Under the pieces are notes generated by a model. That model saw only the letters and a list, made by a program, of their open reading frames with translations. It ran no database searches and was not told the origin of the DNA. Positions 38,398 through 47,858 of a stretch of 64,000 nt of DNA are shown piece after piece. Numbering within the stretch: the stretch's first letter is position 1; each line of letters starts with the position of its first letter. The translations under genes were made by a program, and so were the position numbers. The stretch is taken from the IMG/VR virus record IMGVR_UViG_3300025327_000717, positions 8,954 to 72,953 of that record; one strand, given 5' to 3'. This DNA comes from a virus.

Positions 38398-39189
38398 ATG
38401 AGTCCAGCGAAAGAAGTCATCACGGATGCTCGGTCGCTCGTCTCCAAGCTCGCTAGGATCGCGAACGCTATCGGTGACAAGGAGCCCATCAGGCACAGCC
38501 GAGACATCAAGTTCCCGTATCACGCCGCGCGTGACGTCTACGGCTGGTGGAGACCGCTCTTGCAGGATGAGGGCATCATCTTGATACCCGATGTGACGAG
38601 ATGTGATGTGATGCAAGCCACGCTGCCACGCTCCGGTGGGGGGACCCGCGTCACCTTCCTCACCACCATCCAGGCCTCGTTCACCATCATCGATGGAGCG
38701 ACGGGAGAGAAGGTCGAGGGGTCTGCTGTCGGTCAGGGCGAGGATCCTAGCGACAAAGGTGCCGGAAAGGCCATGACCTACGCCGAGAAGGCGTTCTTGC
38801 TCGGGATGGGCATGAACGGCTCCGAAAGCGACGTGGAGGCCTACGCCGACTACGAAGACATCCGCACCTCACGTGAAACACGCGACGTCGTCGTCGAAGA
38901 CTCCAACATCGAGGGCATCGCCCGGGGTGGGCGCTCTACGAACGCCACAGACGTCCAAGTGAAGAGGGTCCGCAATCTTGCAGGCGAACTCGGGTATGGC
39001 GTCAACAAGAGTGTGGGGCTCGTGAAGGACGTCCTCGACCTCTCGCCTCGCCTTCCTGAAGAGCCTGATGATCAGGGTCCCGCGTTCGTCCGCTTCCTCG
39101 AGGGCCTGAGCGCAGACGAGATCGGCCGACTCATCCAGTACATGGAGAAGATGCTGGAGCCCACGCCACGTGACGACAGCGGCTACTAG
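38398..39189 (+). CDS. ERF-family ssDNA annealing protein
   Basis: GEDPSDKGAGKAMTYAEKAFL. Confidence 0.82.
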   Translation: MSPAKEVITDARSLVSKLARIANAIGDKEPIRHSRDIKFPYHAARDVYGWWRPLLQDEGIILIPDVTRCDVMQATLPRSGGGTRVTFLTTIQASFTIIDGATGEKVEGSAVGQGEDPSDKGAGKAMTYAEKAFLLGMGMNGSESDVEAYADYEDIRTSRETRDVVVEDSNIEGIARGGRSTNATDVQVKRVRNLAGELGYGVNKSVGLVKDVLDLSPRLPEEPDDQGPAFVRFLEGLSADEIGRLIQYMEKMLEPTPRDDSGY

Positions 39190-39611
39190 GCATGAGCATG
39201 CTTGGGACCGTGTAGACAGCGACACCCTCGAGTGCCTCTGTGGGTTCCGACGCAAGCCTCGTCTTTTCATCATCGAAGAAGCAGCGCCAGTCCTGCATGA
39301 TGCCATCTCGAACCACATCCGTTTCCTCTGGGAGGAGCGCGATATGGTCATCGAGCGCGGTGAGAGCACTCATGAAGCCAACCGTCAGATCAAGATGGCC
39401 AGGGCGATGTTGCATCAACTCATCGAGATAGAGGAGGAGTTCGCGTGGTGATCACACAGCCGGTCTTCGGTGAGATCGTCTGGTGCCCACGCTGCAAGGG
39501 CAAGGGCACCATCCCCAACATCCATCCCGACAAGCCGCGCGTCCCTTGTGGACGATGCAAGGGCACGGGCACCGTGAAGAACGAGGGGCCCATCGCCCCC
39601 ATCAAGAAGCC

Positions 39612-39815
39612 ATGACGACACAGGAGACCCTGGTCGAGGCTTTCATCGAGGCGCTTCTTGAAGAAGGCTATATCGACGTCAGTTCAGGTTCGTTCTGGGA
39701 GCGCGATGAAAAGACGGAAGAGTATGTCCGTCGCACGGATGAAGACGACTACTTCACAGAAGACGTCGAGAGGTTCTGTGCGGCCATGGCGAAGCACTTG
39801 CCAGATCGACCATGA
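39612..39815 (+). CDS. acidic hypothetical protein
   Basis: ATGA overlaps. Confidence 0.5.
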   Translation: MTTQETLVEAFIEALLEEGYIDVSSGSFWERDEKTEEYVRRTDEDDYFTEDVERFCAAMAKHLPDRP

Positions 39816-40436
39816 GCGTCTTCGATGGGTACGGTCCCACGTTTTCCCAGGTCGAGTACACGGCGGAACGGGTCATGAGTAGGCGAGTCCTCGAACCGAT
39901 TTTCGAGGAAGTGGTACGAGGAAAGCGAGGAGCAGGCCATGAAGGAGGGCTGCTTCAGGTTCGCCATGAAGTCCGATGGTGTCATCGTTCCTGACACTTG
40001 GGAGACACGGGTCGACAGTGACATCGACATGTGTCCCTATCCGGTCGTCTTGGGCCCGGTCGTGGCATGGCAGTGGGAGCCTCGCCGTACGGATGTCATG
40101 GTCGTCACCGCATGGGTATGGCCGAACGTCCGTCAAGAGCACCGCAGCCAGCTTCTAGGTTGGCGCCATCCACACTTCATGCATGTCCGCATGTTGGTAG
40201 CAGAGCACTTCGACCTCTCGAAGATGGCTTATGAGTGAACGGCTCACCTGCATGCTTTGCGGGAAGACCGGCTACGACAAGGACGTGGCCAACGCGATGG
40301 CTGTGTGGAAGACAGGGGAGTTCGGCTGGGGACCACGTTGCCGTGACGTCTGGGATTGCTATAAGACCGTGATCGTGATCGATGAGGAGTGGCAGCTCAA
40401 GAGTGTCCCCCGGCGACCAGAGGGAGAGGATCTGCC

Positions 40437-40967
40437 ATGGTGAAGAGAGAACAGGTCCCCTGCGTGTTCAGGACCTCGTTCGTTCGTGAGGAGATCGACC
40501 CGCGCATCAAAGCGGCATGGCCAGGACGAGCGCCATGGGGCGACCTTCGGAAGACGTGGAAGACGGAGTACTGCCTGCGCGTGAACCCGACGGGCTATCC
40601 TGAGGATTGTCCGTTCAGCGAGGAGGACTGTGCTCTGACGTTCTTGCAGGCAGTCCTCATCGTGACCGAGGCAGAGAGGCCTGGGGCCCTGTTCAGACGA
40701 GTCGCAGCGACCAGAGGTATGGAACGTGCCGATCAGCGCCCACTTGCGAGAGACCGTGTTCCTCAGAGACGCCAGAGCGATCTGGCGAGCCAGCGAGGAG
40801 CATATTCATCATCATCTGTCGTTCAAGCGCTTCATGGCCCAGAAACGGTCACGCCCACTATGTCTCGTCGAGGTGCTCGACCCATCAGCATCGGTGAAGT
40901 GCTCGGGGCGCTGGACTTTGGAGCACGTCAAGGATCAGCTCAGGATGGGGAAGAGGGCCCCGGATGA
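40437..40967 (+). CDS. hypothetical protein
   Basis: GAGGA RBS; ORF tiling. Confidence 0.5.
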   Translation: MVKREQVPCVFRTSFVREEIDPRIKAAWPGRAPWGDLRKTWKTEYCLRVNPTGYPEDCPFSEEDCALTFLQAVLIVTEAERPGALFRRVAATRGMERADQRPLARDRVPQRRQSDLASQRGAYSSSSVVQALHGPETVTPTMSRRGARPISIGEVLGALDFGARQGSAQDGEEGPG

Positions 40968-40990
40968 TGAGTGGCATCTGGTAGTGCTCT

Positions 40991-41494
40991 GTGAGTTTCA
41001 CAACGTCTGGTCGCCCCCGAGCAAGCGGCTTCGCGAGAGCATCAGAGCGTACCTCGCAGACGCCTACCCAGAGGCGCCTCTCGAAGGTGGCAGCAGCCCT
41101 GAACCAGGCATGGCGCTGGACGGCGACCAAGAAGCCGGGACGTAACGAGGGTAGAAGGCTCACAGCCGAGGACCTCGCCAAGGTTTGGCTAGATGACGCC
41201 GGACGATGCCGCTACTGCGATATCGATATCCCGCTGATGACCGCTTCGTTCGATCACGTCGTCCCCCTCTCGAAGCAGGGCCCCCATCTGCCACAAAACC
41301 TCGCGGCATGTTGTATCACCTGTCAGCGTTCTAAGTACACCAAGACATCCGATGCTTATCAAGAGTTCATGAGACTTCAGGTAGTATGCCCTTGTGGGAC
41401 CGTCTTCCGACCACGATGGGCTGATTGGGTCAGGGGGTACGGCCACTATTGCTCTCGCTCGTGCTCGGGCAGGGCGGGCGGGGGGCTCTCTTGA
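40991..41494 (+). CDS. HNH endonuclease
   Basis: CRYC...DHVVPLSKQG...NLAACCITC; C-terminal YCSRSC. Confidence 0.8.
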   Translation: MSFTTSGRPRASGFARASERTSQTPTQRRLSKVAAALNQAWRWTATKKPGRNEGRRLTAEDLAKVWLDDAGRCRYCDIDIPLMTASFDHVVPLSKQGPHLPQNLAACCITCQRSKYTKTSDAYQEFMRLQVVCPCGTVFRPRWADWVRGYGHYCSRSCSGRAGGGLS

Positions 41495-41931
41495 ACCACG
41501 CTTCTGGTCCAAGGTCGTCTGTGACGTCAGGACGAGGTGCTGGAACTGGACAGGGACTCGGGACCCCAGCGGGTACGGCATCGTCACGATGTACTACCGG
41601 AACGTGTGAGCGCATCGAGTCAGCGGACCGCCTAGATGAGAAGCTCCTCGTCTGCCATCACTGTGATAACCCATCGTGCGTCTCGCCGGACCATCTCTTT
41701 CAAGGGACAGATGGAGACAACATGGCCGACCGTGACGTCAAGGGTCGCGTCGCGCACGGAGAGACACACTACGCAGCCAAGCTCACGAACTCACAGGTCG
41801 CCGAGATACGGGGACGCTTCAGGTTTCGCGACCAGGGCCCCGATAGTGGAGTTGCCCTTGCTCGGGAGTTCAAGGTGACGAAGGCTGCCATATCGAACAT
41901 CATCCGGGACCGTAGGCGTCTTCATGGCTGA
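41490..41931 (+). pseudogene. frameshifted HNH homing endonuclease
   Basis: RFWSKV...CWNWTG..GYG in one frame (stop 41609); HHCDNPSCVSPDHL and HTH in another frame; the AHR segment is missing. Confidence 0.65.
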
Positions 41932-42343
41932 TCGACGGACGAAACGCCAGAAACTTGAGGCCATGGCGCAACAGCACGTCTCGCCCAACGAGGCCCGCAT
42001 CGCCCAGCGTCTTCTCACCGAGCAGGACAGCGGACCCATCCCTGATAACCCCCATGGTGGGGTCCACTTCACGAAGTGGCGTGGCAGGTGGATACCCTTG
42101 TTCACGAGCAACCACTTCGCTGACGATGACGTTCCGCAGGAGCGCACAGTCGATGCACGGTCATCGCCCGATACCGTCGTCATCAAGCTCGATGGCGTCG
42201 ACATCACCTCGGATGTGGTCTTTGCCCAACCCAGATCGCTAGGCCGCAAGACGAGTCCGAAGAAGGCTTACGACCAGATGACGTTCGAGGAGTTCTGGTA
42301 TCAGGAGACCGGACACTACCCAGAGTGGAAGATAGACGAGTGA
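41924..42343 (+). CDS. hypothetical protein carrying an exact copy of the tail-protein N-terminal peptide
   Basis: DUF2786-like start (KLEAMA...SPNEARIAQRLL); internal TVVIKLDGVDITSDVVFAQP. Confidence 0.6.
   Translation: MADRRTKRQKLEAMAQQHVSPNEARIAQRLLTEQDSGPIPDNPHGGVHFTKWRGRWIPLFTSNHFADDDVPQERTVDARSSPDTVVIKLDGVDITSDVVFAQPRSLGRKTSPKKAYDQMTFEEFWYQETGHYPEWKIDE
42172..42233 (+). repeat. 62-bp perfect inverted repeat, copy 1
   Basis: Exact reverse complement of 53119-53180. Confidence 0.95.
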
Positions 42344-42849
42344 AGTGGGGTTTCACGCTCCCTGGACAACCGCCAAGCTGGAACACGGCCTATCGCATCA
42401 TCACGATGCATGGTCGGCGCGGTGGCTATCAGGCACTCGGCAAGACGCCAGATGCGAAGCGTTACCAGATCGGCGCCGCCAACATCATCCGTAGCGCCAA
42501 GCCATCACGTTGGAAGCCGATCGGGCAACTGCGTATCCACTACTGGCTCTATCTGGCCCGCGATATGGACTGCGACAACGTCCTGAAGCTCATCAACGAT
42601 GTCATCCAGACGGCCACAGGAGTCGACGACAAGTGGTTCCTACCGACAGTCGAGGAGAAGACGACAGGATGGGGCAAGAAGGCGCGAGTGGAGGTCGTCA
42701 TCGAGGACCACGAATCGCCCTATGCGGGTCGACCGGCCTCGAGCACTACCCCGACTCCCTCCTCGAGTTCATCGGCAGTCTCCCCGCCAACACCGTCCTC
42801 TGTCTCAGGGCTCCCGAGAAGCGAGATCCAGGCCTCTTCGAACAGGTGA
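42340..42849 (+). CDS. rusA: RusA-like Holliday junction resolvase
   Basis: PPSWN, DCDNVLKLIND, GVDDK, RVEVVIE. Confidence 0.8.
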   Translation: MKWGFTLPGQPPSWNTAYRIITMHGRRGGYQALGKTPDAKRYQIGAANIIRSAKPSRWKPIGQLRIHYWLYLARDMDCDNVLKLINDVIQTATGVDDKWFLPTVEEKTTGWGKKARVEVVIEDHESPYAGRPASSTTPTPSSSSSAVSPPTPSSVSGLPRSEIQASSNR

Positions 42850-43136
42850 TGGCCAAGCTGGCCATCAGTCTGTGGCTTGACGTGGAGTGGTTTCGTCCTG
42901 ACCCGATAGGGGGGAAGGGGGCGACGTTCCTTCGAGATATCGAGTTGGTGCGCTCGGTCGATCTGGTGTTGGCATACTTCTCCACCACCACGCTGATCGG
43001 CGGGACAGCACACGTCGTCGAGAAGGCGATGGACTTGGAGACACCGGTCTATGCATATGGCTTCACCGGAGATGGCTTTATGCGTGTCGGTGAGCATGAT
43101 TCGCATGACGCATGGGGTCGATCAGTCCCAGGATAG
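42669..43136 (+). CDS. SLOG-like protein
   Basis: RIALCGS, FLRDIELV...DLVLAYF...GGTAHVVEKA; start uncertain. Confidence 0.6.
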   Translation: MGQEGASGGRHRGPRIALCGSTGLEHYPDSLLEFIGSLPANTVLCLRAPEKRDPGLFEQVMAKLAISLWLDVEWFRPDPIGGKGATFLRDIELVRSVDLVLAYFSTTTLIGGTAHVVEKAMDLETPVYAYGFTGDGFMRVGEHDSHDAWGRSVPG

Positions 43137-43170
43137 AGCGCCGGGGGGCTGACCCGACAAAGGCACTGCT

Positions 43171-43545
43171 CTATCGCCCCCCGGCGGACTTGGTCCTACC
43201 ATCCGGCCCCCCTGTGTCGAGGGTCGAAATAGACCGCTGTGATTGTCGCGCATCTGAGAGCATGTTGGCTAGTCGCACCATCTGCTTTGATCGCCAGCCA
43301 CGTGGATACTTCAGGAAGGCTCGTTTGACCGCTCCATCACGCAGGCGTCGTACCGGAGCGGTCCATGATGGATCGGAGCGACGGAGCTCATAGCGCCTCT
43401 GGCGATCACGTTGGCAGGCTCGACAGACCGGCCACTGCTGACCTGCCACATAAAGACCGACGATCTCTGTGGGATGACCCTTTGGGCAAAGGTCCTCATG
43501 GACGCTGACGTCATGGGGTGTCCAGTTGCAATACTGGCACCGCAT
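43171..43545 (-). CDS. Cys-rich hypothetical protein
   Basis: CQYC, CPKGH, CRAC motifs. Confidence 0.5.
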   Translation of the reverse strand: MRCQYCNWTPHDVSVHEDLCPKGHPTEIVGLYVAGQQWPVCRACQRDRQRRYELRRSDPSWTAPVRRLRDGAVKRAFLKYPRGWRSKQMVRLANMLSDARQSQRSISTLDTGGPDGRTKSAGGR

Positions 43546-43548
43546 CTA

Positions 43549-43938
43549 TCAATACCAAGCGAGCAACTTATCTACGGCCGACACGATGATCGTTCTGGTG
43601 TCGGTGACCGAATAACGTTCTGGCTTGGCGTTACGGATGGCTCGGTCGTTGAGCCATGCCGTCGTATGATCTATCGGCTCAGACAGGATGATCATCCTGT
43701 AGGCGACCTCGAACTCCCTCACCGACACTCGGCGTAAACGCCGCATGGCTTTGGTCATCCGATAGCGCGGCCCGTCTTTATCAGCAAGCCATGACTTGAG
43801 CTCCGGACTCCACTGAGGTGCCCCACCAGCATCGAGTGCGACCGAGTGCATCCGGATCGGGATGTCCTTCGTCCAGTCATCACGAAGGATGACCATCCAC
43901 TTGGCGGTGTGTTCGACGACATCTGGAGTGATCGGCAT
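43549..43938 (-). CDS. hypothetical protein (possible helical transcription regulator)
   Basis: C-terminal pattern loosely like sigma region 4 / late activators. Confidence 0.4.
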   Translation of the reverse strand: MPITPDVVEHTAKWMVILRDDWTKDIPIRMHSVALDAGGAPQWSPELKSWLADKDGPRYRMTKAMRRLRRVSVREFEVAYRMIILSEPIDHTTAWLNDRAIRNAKPERYSVTDTRTIIVSAVDKLLAWY

Positions 43939-44175
43939 CGATACACGGTATCAAGTCTGCGGACCATGGTGGCTCTTCTCCTCCCATGCCGCTCGCCGTA
44001 TAGGATCGGTCGGCACGAGGAGCGCACCACAATCAGGACACTTGGGAACCTTGATGCGGGGTGTCTTGAGAGCCCGATGAGCCGTCTCTCGTGGACATCG
44101 AGGACAGATGAGGGGGATCCCATATCCCCCGACGGTCATGGCCCCCCGTTATGGCCGTCCCAGTCCTCCATGCTC

Positions 44176-44559
44176 TTAGCCCTCCGGGACAGGTTGCTGT
44201 GGATCTCGCGTCAGAAGCCGCGGGCCACTCTGGGGCCCCCACGATCTAAGTATCGAGCCTGCGGTCTCGACCACGTAGAGGCCTGCCGCTGCGACACCGA
44301 TCGAGAGCAGGGCTGGCACGTTGGCGACTGGGATGACGATATTGTCAGCGAAGTAGCCCGCGAAGAGCAACAGCCAGATGGGGATGACGCGACCCATGAT
44401 GTGGGTGCGCAAGAAGGCGGCTACGACGTCGAGTTCGAGGGTCTGATCGCGGATAGCTGCCGCGACTCCTAGGGCGAAGTCCAAGAGTGGAAGGACGATG
44501 ACCCAGATAGCCAGTTGCCCCGCTTCTGAGTCGAAGAACGCCTTGATGGCTTCCGGCAT
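44176..44559 (-). CDS. holin-like membrane protein
   Basis: Three hydrophobic segments; directly after endolysin. Confidence 0.65.
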   Translation of the reverse strand: MPEAIKAFFDSEAGQLAIWVIVLPLLDFALGVAAAIRDQTLELDVVAAFLRTHIMGRVIPIWLLLFAGYFADNIVIPVANVPALLSIGVAAAGLYVVETAGSILRSWGPQSGPRLLTRDPQQPVPEG

Positions 44560-44571
44560 GACGATATCTCC

Positions 44572-45327
44572 CTATGTACGGCGCACGACGCTCGAGTGGA
44601 CATATCCCACTTGGCTAGCTGAAGGGACCCAGACACGGAACCATGTCTTGTTCCCTCCGATGGCCTCGCCTTGTTCGGTGCCACCAGATGTGAGTCGTTG
44701 GCGCCCTGCGATCGTGGCGATGACGAACGCCGTGCGGTCAGGATGGAGTCGTACGTTGGCCTTGATCCTGGCCTCCACCCTCTGGACGCGCATGACCACG
44801 GCATAGATGCCACCTGAGAACTGACTCGCGAAGCGCTCGACATACTGTTCGGCTTCATGGATCGGCCAAGTGATCCAACCTTTGGGGATACCAGGACGTC
44901 TGCCATCGTTGAGTGGGTCGCCGACGCGCACTTTGTCCGGCTGGACAGCCTGATACATGACGCTGTGCAGCCCCTTGAAGTCCTTGTCGCCCTTGAGGTT
45001 CTGTGGCAGTGAGTCGTAATCACCGCTCACGACCGCGAAGCGTCCTGCCTTCAGCATCGAGAGCAGTGCGGGCCAGTGGAGGGCATCGGTGAAGTCGAAG
45101 GATTCGACGGGGACACCCAGTCTCTCCATGGCGTTGGTGATGCCGCTGATCGTCAGCCCACCCTCCATGTCGCCTGTGAGTCGACGGAAGTGCTCTGGGG
45201 TGGGGTCCTTCAGGCCTAGCGTGGCCTGGTCGGTAAGCATGGCTCCCGAAGCGGCACCGCAGTTGGTGGACTGCAGCGGACTGCCAGTGAGTTGCTTCTC
45301 GAAGTGCGGCAAGTAAAAACGCATCAC
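44572..45327 (-). CDS. endolysin, C39/papain-like peptidase plus SH3b-like domain
   Basis: Q...NCGAASGAM, HSV, GDPL catalytic triad; C-terminal ANVR...WFRV...GYVHS. Confidence 0.75.
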   Translation of the reverse strand: MMRFYLPHFEKQLTGSPLQSTNCGAASGAMLTDQATLGLKDPTPEHFRRLTGDMEGGLTISGITNAMERLGVPVESFDFTDALHWPALLSMLKAGRFAVVSGDYDSLPQNLKGDKDFKGLHSVMYQAVQPDKVRVGDPLNDGRRPGIPKGWITWPIHEAEQYVERFASQFSGGIYAVVMRVQRVEARIKANVRLHPDRTAFVIATIAGRQRLTSGGTEQGEAIGGNKTWFRVWVPSASQVGYVHSSVVRRT

Positions 45328-45333
45328 ATCCTC

Positions 45334-45462
45334 CTAGCCCATCGGGCCCGCTGGCCAGCGCCACACCGTGGCGTTCCCGGCAAGCACGGGCGCCACCGCC
45401 AGCGCGCCGACGAAGGCCAAGAGGGTGCCGGCGACGCGCGGACCACCATAGAATCTCGTCAC
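45334..45462 (-). CDS. 42-aa membrane peptide
   Basis: GTG start overlapping upstream TGA, GGAGGA RBS, one hydrophobic helix (below ORF-track cutoff). Confidence 0.4.
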   Translation of the reverse strand: MTRFYGGPRVAGTLLAFVGALAVAPVLAGNATVWRWPAGPMG

Positions 45463-45770
45463 GCTGTCCTCCGTAGCGTCAACTCATCCCACGCCCATGC
45501 CGTCACGATGATCGCTGACGCCACCCTCAGGGAGAGGGACACGAACGACACCATCACCTCTATGACCGCACCATCCAACGTGAGGAGATGTCGAGCGAAA
45601 AGCGTCCAGAGGCCGAGGATCGCGAACATGACCAAAGCCATCTTGGCTGCGAGTATGTTCGACCGTCCATCCCAGAATCTGACCACCAAGATGACCATCA
45701 AGATGATGTGGATGGCGACGAGGATGTTGAGAGACATCAACCCATCGTTGATCGTGATCAGGTCATCCAT
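45459..45770 (-). CDS. membrane protein (lysis cassette)
   Basis: Three hydrophobic segments. Confidence 0.6.
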   Translation of the reverse strand: MDDLITINDGLMSLNILVAIHIILMVILVVRFWDGRSNILAAKMALVMFAILGLWTLFARHLLTLDGAVIEVMVSFVSLSLRVASAIIVTAWAWDELTLRRTA

Positions 45771-45987
45771 CTTTCAGTCTCGCGACCCCGGCTAGCGTGA
45801 GAGCGGATGTCGTCAGTGTGGCCAGGAGTGCCACCAAAGTCCCTTCGCTCAGAGCATAGTCCTTCTGGATGAGCGGAAGCAACACGACCGCGACGATGAC
45901 GAAGACCATGGTCCCGACGATGACGGCGACCGAGACAGCCCTGATCTTGGCGAGTAGGCGCTGTTCCTCTGGCGTCGGCTTCGACAT
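45763..45987 (-). CDS. membrane protein (holin-like)
   Basis: Two hydrophobic segments. Confidence 0.6.
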   Translation of the reverse strand: MSKPTPEEQRLLAKIRAVSVAVIVGTMVFVIVAVVLLPLIQKDYALSEGTLVALLATLTTSALTLAGVARLKDG

Positions 45988-46107
45988 GCGTGCTCCGTTC
46001 ATGGTCTTGTCTGCGAGCGGCGCACTGCACCTCACCCATATCGATGACAACCCCCGGTCTTGGTGGCCGACCTCCTGCTTTCTATCTATACCAGCCATCC
46101 AGCCGAT

Positions 46108-46791
46108 CTAGGCTTTGATGATACGGATGTATCCGGGCATGTAGTTACCCGCCCCGCCTGCCCCGGCCTGGATAGTTCCGTTGGAGTCCGCTCGCCATGC
46201 GCGCCATGAGTAGGTGTGCGCCGCAGCCGATGGTGTCAGGCGCACCGTGATGAGCCCCGCGGTGCGCCCGCTCGACTGAGTAAGCTGCGCCGTGATGCCA
46301 AGAGCAGTCGAGCCGTCGAACAGGTCGATGAGCACACTGGCGGTGCCGCTGCCCGTCACGATGTAAGGCGCCCACAACTCGACGATGATTGCGGTGCTGC
46401 CGTTGAACGTGATCTCTGCCGCCGTGACGATCACGTCGGCCCCCGCCTCGGTCGTCGCCGAGACGGCGACTGGCGAAGTGAACTCGACGTAGCTGTATTC
46501 ACGGCCTGGCGCGATCTCCGCGATCGCCTGTGCCAGCCCAGCCGCCGTGAGGACCGCGTCGATGGCGGCTCCGTCGTCATGGGTGGCAGGTGTCGTTCCC
46601 TCTGCTCCTCGTTGGACCGTCAGGGTATTCGTAGCTCGTGAGGTAACGAGCATGAGTTCGTCGTCAACCTTGACGCGGAAGTTACCTGACGATGGGAAGA
46701 CAGCACCAGAGGCGACATCCACCCCTGTCTCGTTGTCATCGAGAGGCTCCGCGAGTGTCGTGTGGCCAAAGTTAGCGAGCTGCTCTGTCAT
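46108..46791 (-). CDS. tail fibre / receptor-binding-like protein
   Basis: DDELMLVT...LTVQRGAEGTTPATH N-domain and beta-sandwich C-domain. Confidence 0.7.
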   Translation of the reverse strand: MTEQLANFGHTTLAEPLDDNETGVDVASGAVFPSSGNFRVKVDDELMLVTSRATNTLTVQRGAEGTTPATHDDGAAIDAVLTAAGLAQAIAEIAPGREYSYVEFTSPVAVSATTEAGADVIVTAAEITFNGSTAIIVELWAPYIVTGSGTASVLIDLFDGSTALGITAQLTQSSGRTAGLITVRLTPSAAAHTYSWRAWRADSNGTIQAGAGGAGNYMPGYIRIIKA

Positions 46792-47402
46792 GTCGTATCT
46801 CCGAGGGTATCGTCACCCAGTGTGATCTCGCCGAGGTTGCTTCGTGCCTCACTATCGCCTATCACAGCATCGATCGTGAAGGAACCCATCAAGGTATCAG
46901 TGAGGATGGCTTCGATGCTGAAACTCTTGCCCAAAAGCCAAGCATCGACCGTCAGTGAACCACTTGTAAGAGCGCGGATGATCGCATCCGCGGAAGCCGA
47001 CCCACTGATCACTCTCTTGGCGATGGCATCTACTGTGAGGAGGCCTGACAGCGTCCTCTTCGCGACGGCACTGGCTGTGAAAGAACCTATCTGGCCGATC
47101 CTGATGATGCTGTCGACCGTGAAGGATCCAGGCACGGTGTCACTTTCAAGCCACGCGTCGATGACCCAAGATTCCAGGCGGGTACGCATGATGATGGCGC
47201 TCGCCGAGAACGAGCCGCTGATCCGGTAGGTGTTCTCAAGTACGGACAGTCTGGAGTCGAGGATCGTGAGAAGGGCTTCGACCGTCGAGCCGGCAGGTAG
47301 GGCTCCGATAGCCTCTGTGAGCTCCACGAACGTCGTTGATAGATCGCCGAAGTGATGCTCTGTCCCGCGCTCATGTCGATTGCGGTAGGTCGTATGGCTC
47401 AT
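46788..47402 (-). CDS. virion protein with FTVDA repeats
   Basis: About nine repeats of (S)F-T-(V/I)-D-A-x-I. Confidence 0.7.
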   Translation of the reverse strand: MSHTTYRNRHERGTEHHFGDLSTTFVELTEAIGALPAGSTVEALLTILDSRLSVLENTYRISGSFSASAIIMRTRLESWVIDAWLESDTVPGSFTVDSIIRIGQIGSFTASAVAKRTLSGLLTVDAIAKRVISGSASADAIIRALTSGSLTVDAWLLGKSFSIEAILTDTLMGSFTIDAVIGDSEARSNLGEITLGDDTLGDTT

Positions 47403-47857
47403 ACGATGAAGGCGTTGATGGTGAAGATGCCAGCGATGCAGGCATCGACAGTGAAGATGCCACCCTTGCTGAGCACAGCATCGACCAGGAACGACCCGGA
47501 GAACGTCCTCTTGATGACAGCATCCATGACGATGACCTGGTCGCTGATCCACGCGTCGACCGCGAACGTCGCCTTCGTGCGCGTGTAGTCCTCGAGATAG
47601 ACCAGACGCTGGGCCATGTCTGCCAGCACCCAGTGGATCGGTGTGAACGCTTCGTACTTCCCGACCTTCTCCGAGAGGACTACGTAGAGATCGCTCTCTG
47701 GTCCGAAGTGATCCCTGACGCGATGATGCTTCCAGCGCTCACCGATGATCCATGCGTCGATGGTGAACGAGCGAGCAGTGATGACGGCATCGATGGCGAA
47801 GGCGGGCAGCGCCGTCTTGAAGATGACAGCGTCGACGACGAACGAGGAGGCTGGCAT
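47399..47857 (-). CDS. virion protein with FTVDA repeats
   Basis: About eight repeats of F-x-(V/I)-D-A-x-I. Confidence 0.7.
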   Translation of the reverse strand: MPASSFVVDAVIFKTALPAFAIDAVITARSFTIDAWIIGERWKHHRVRDHFGPESDLYVVLSEKVGKYEAFTPIHWVLADMAQRLVYLEDYTRTKATFAVDAWISDQVIVMDAVIKRTFSGSFLVDAVLSKGGIFTVDACIAGIFTINAFIV

Positions 47858-47858
47858 C

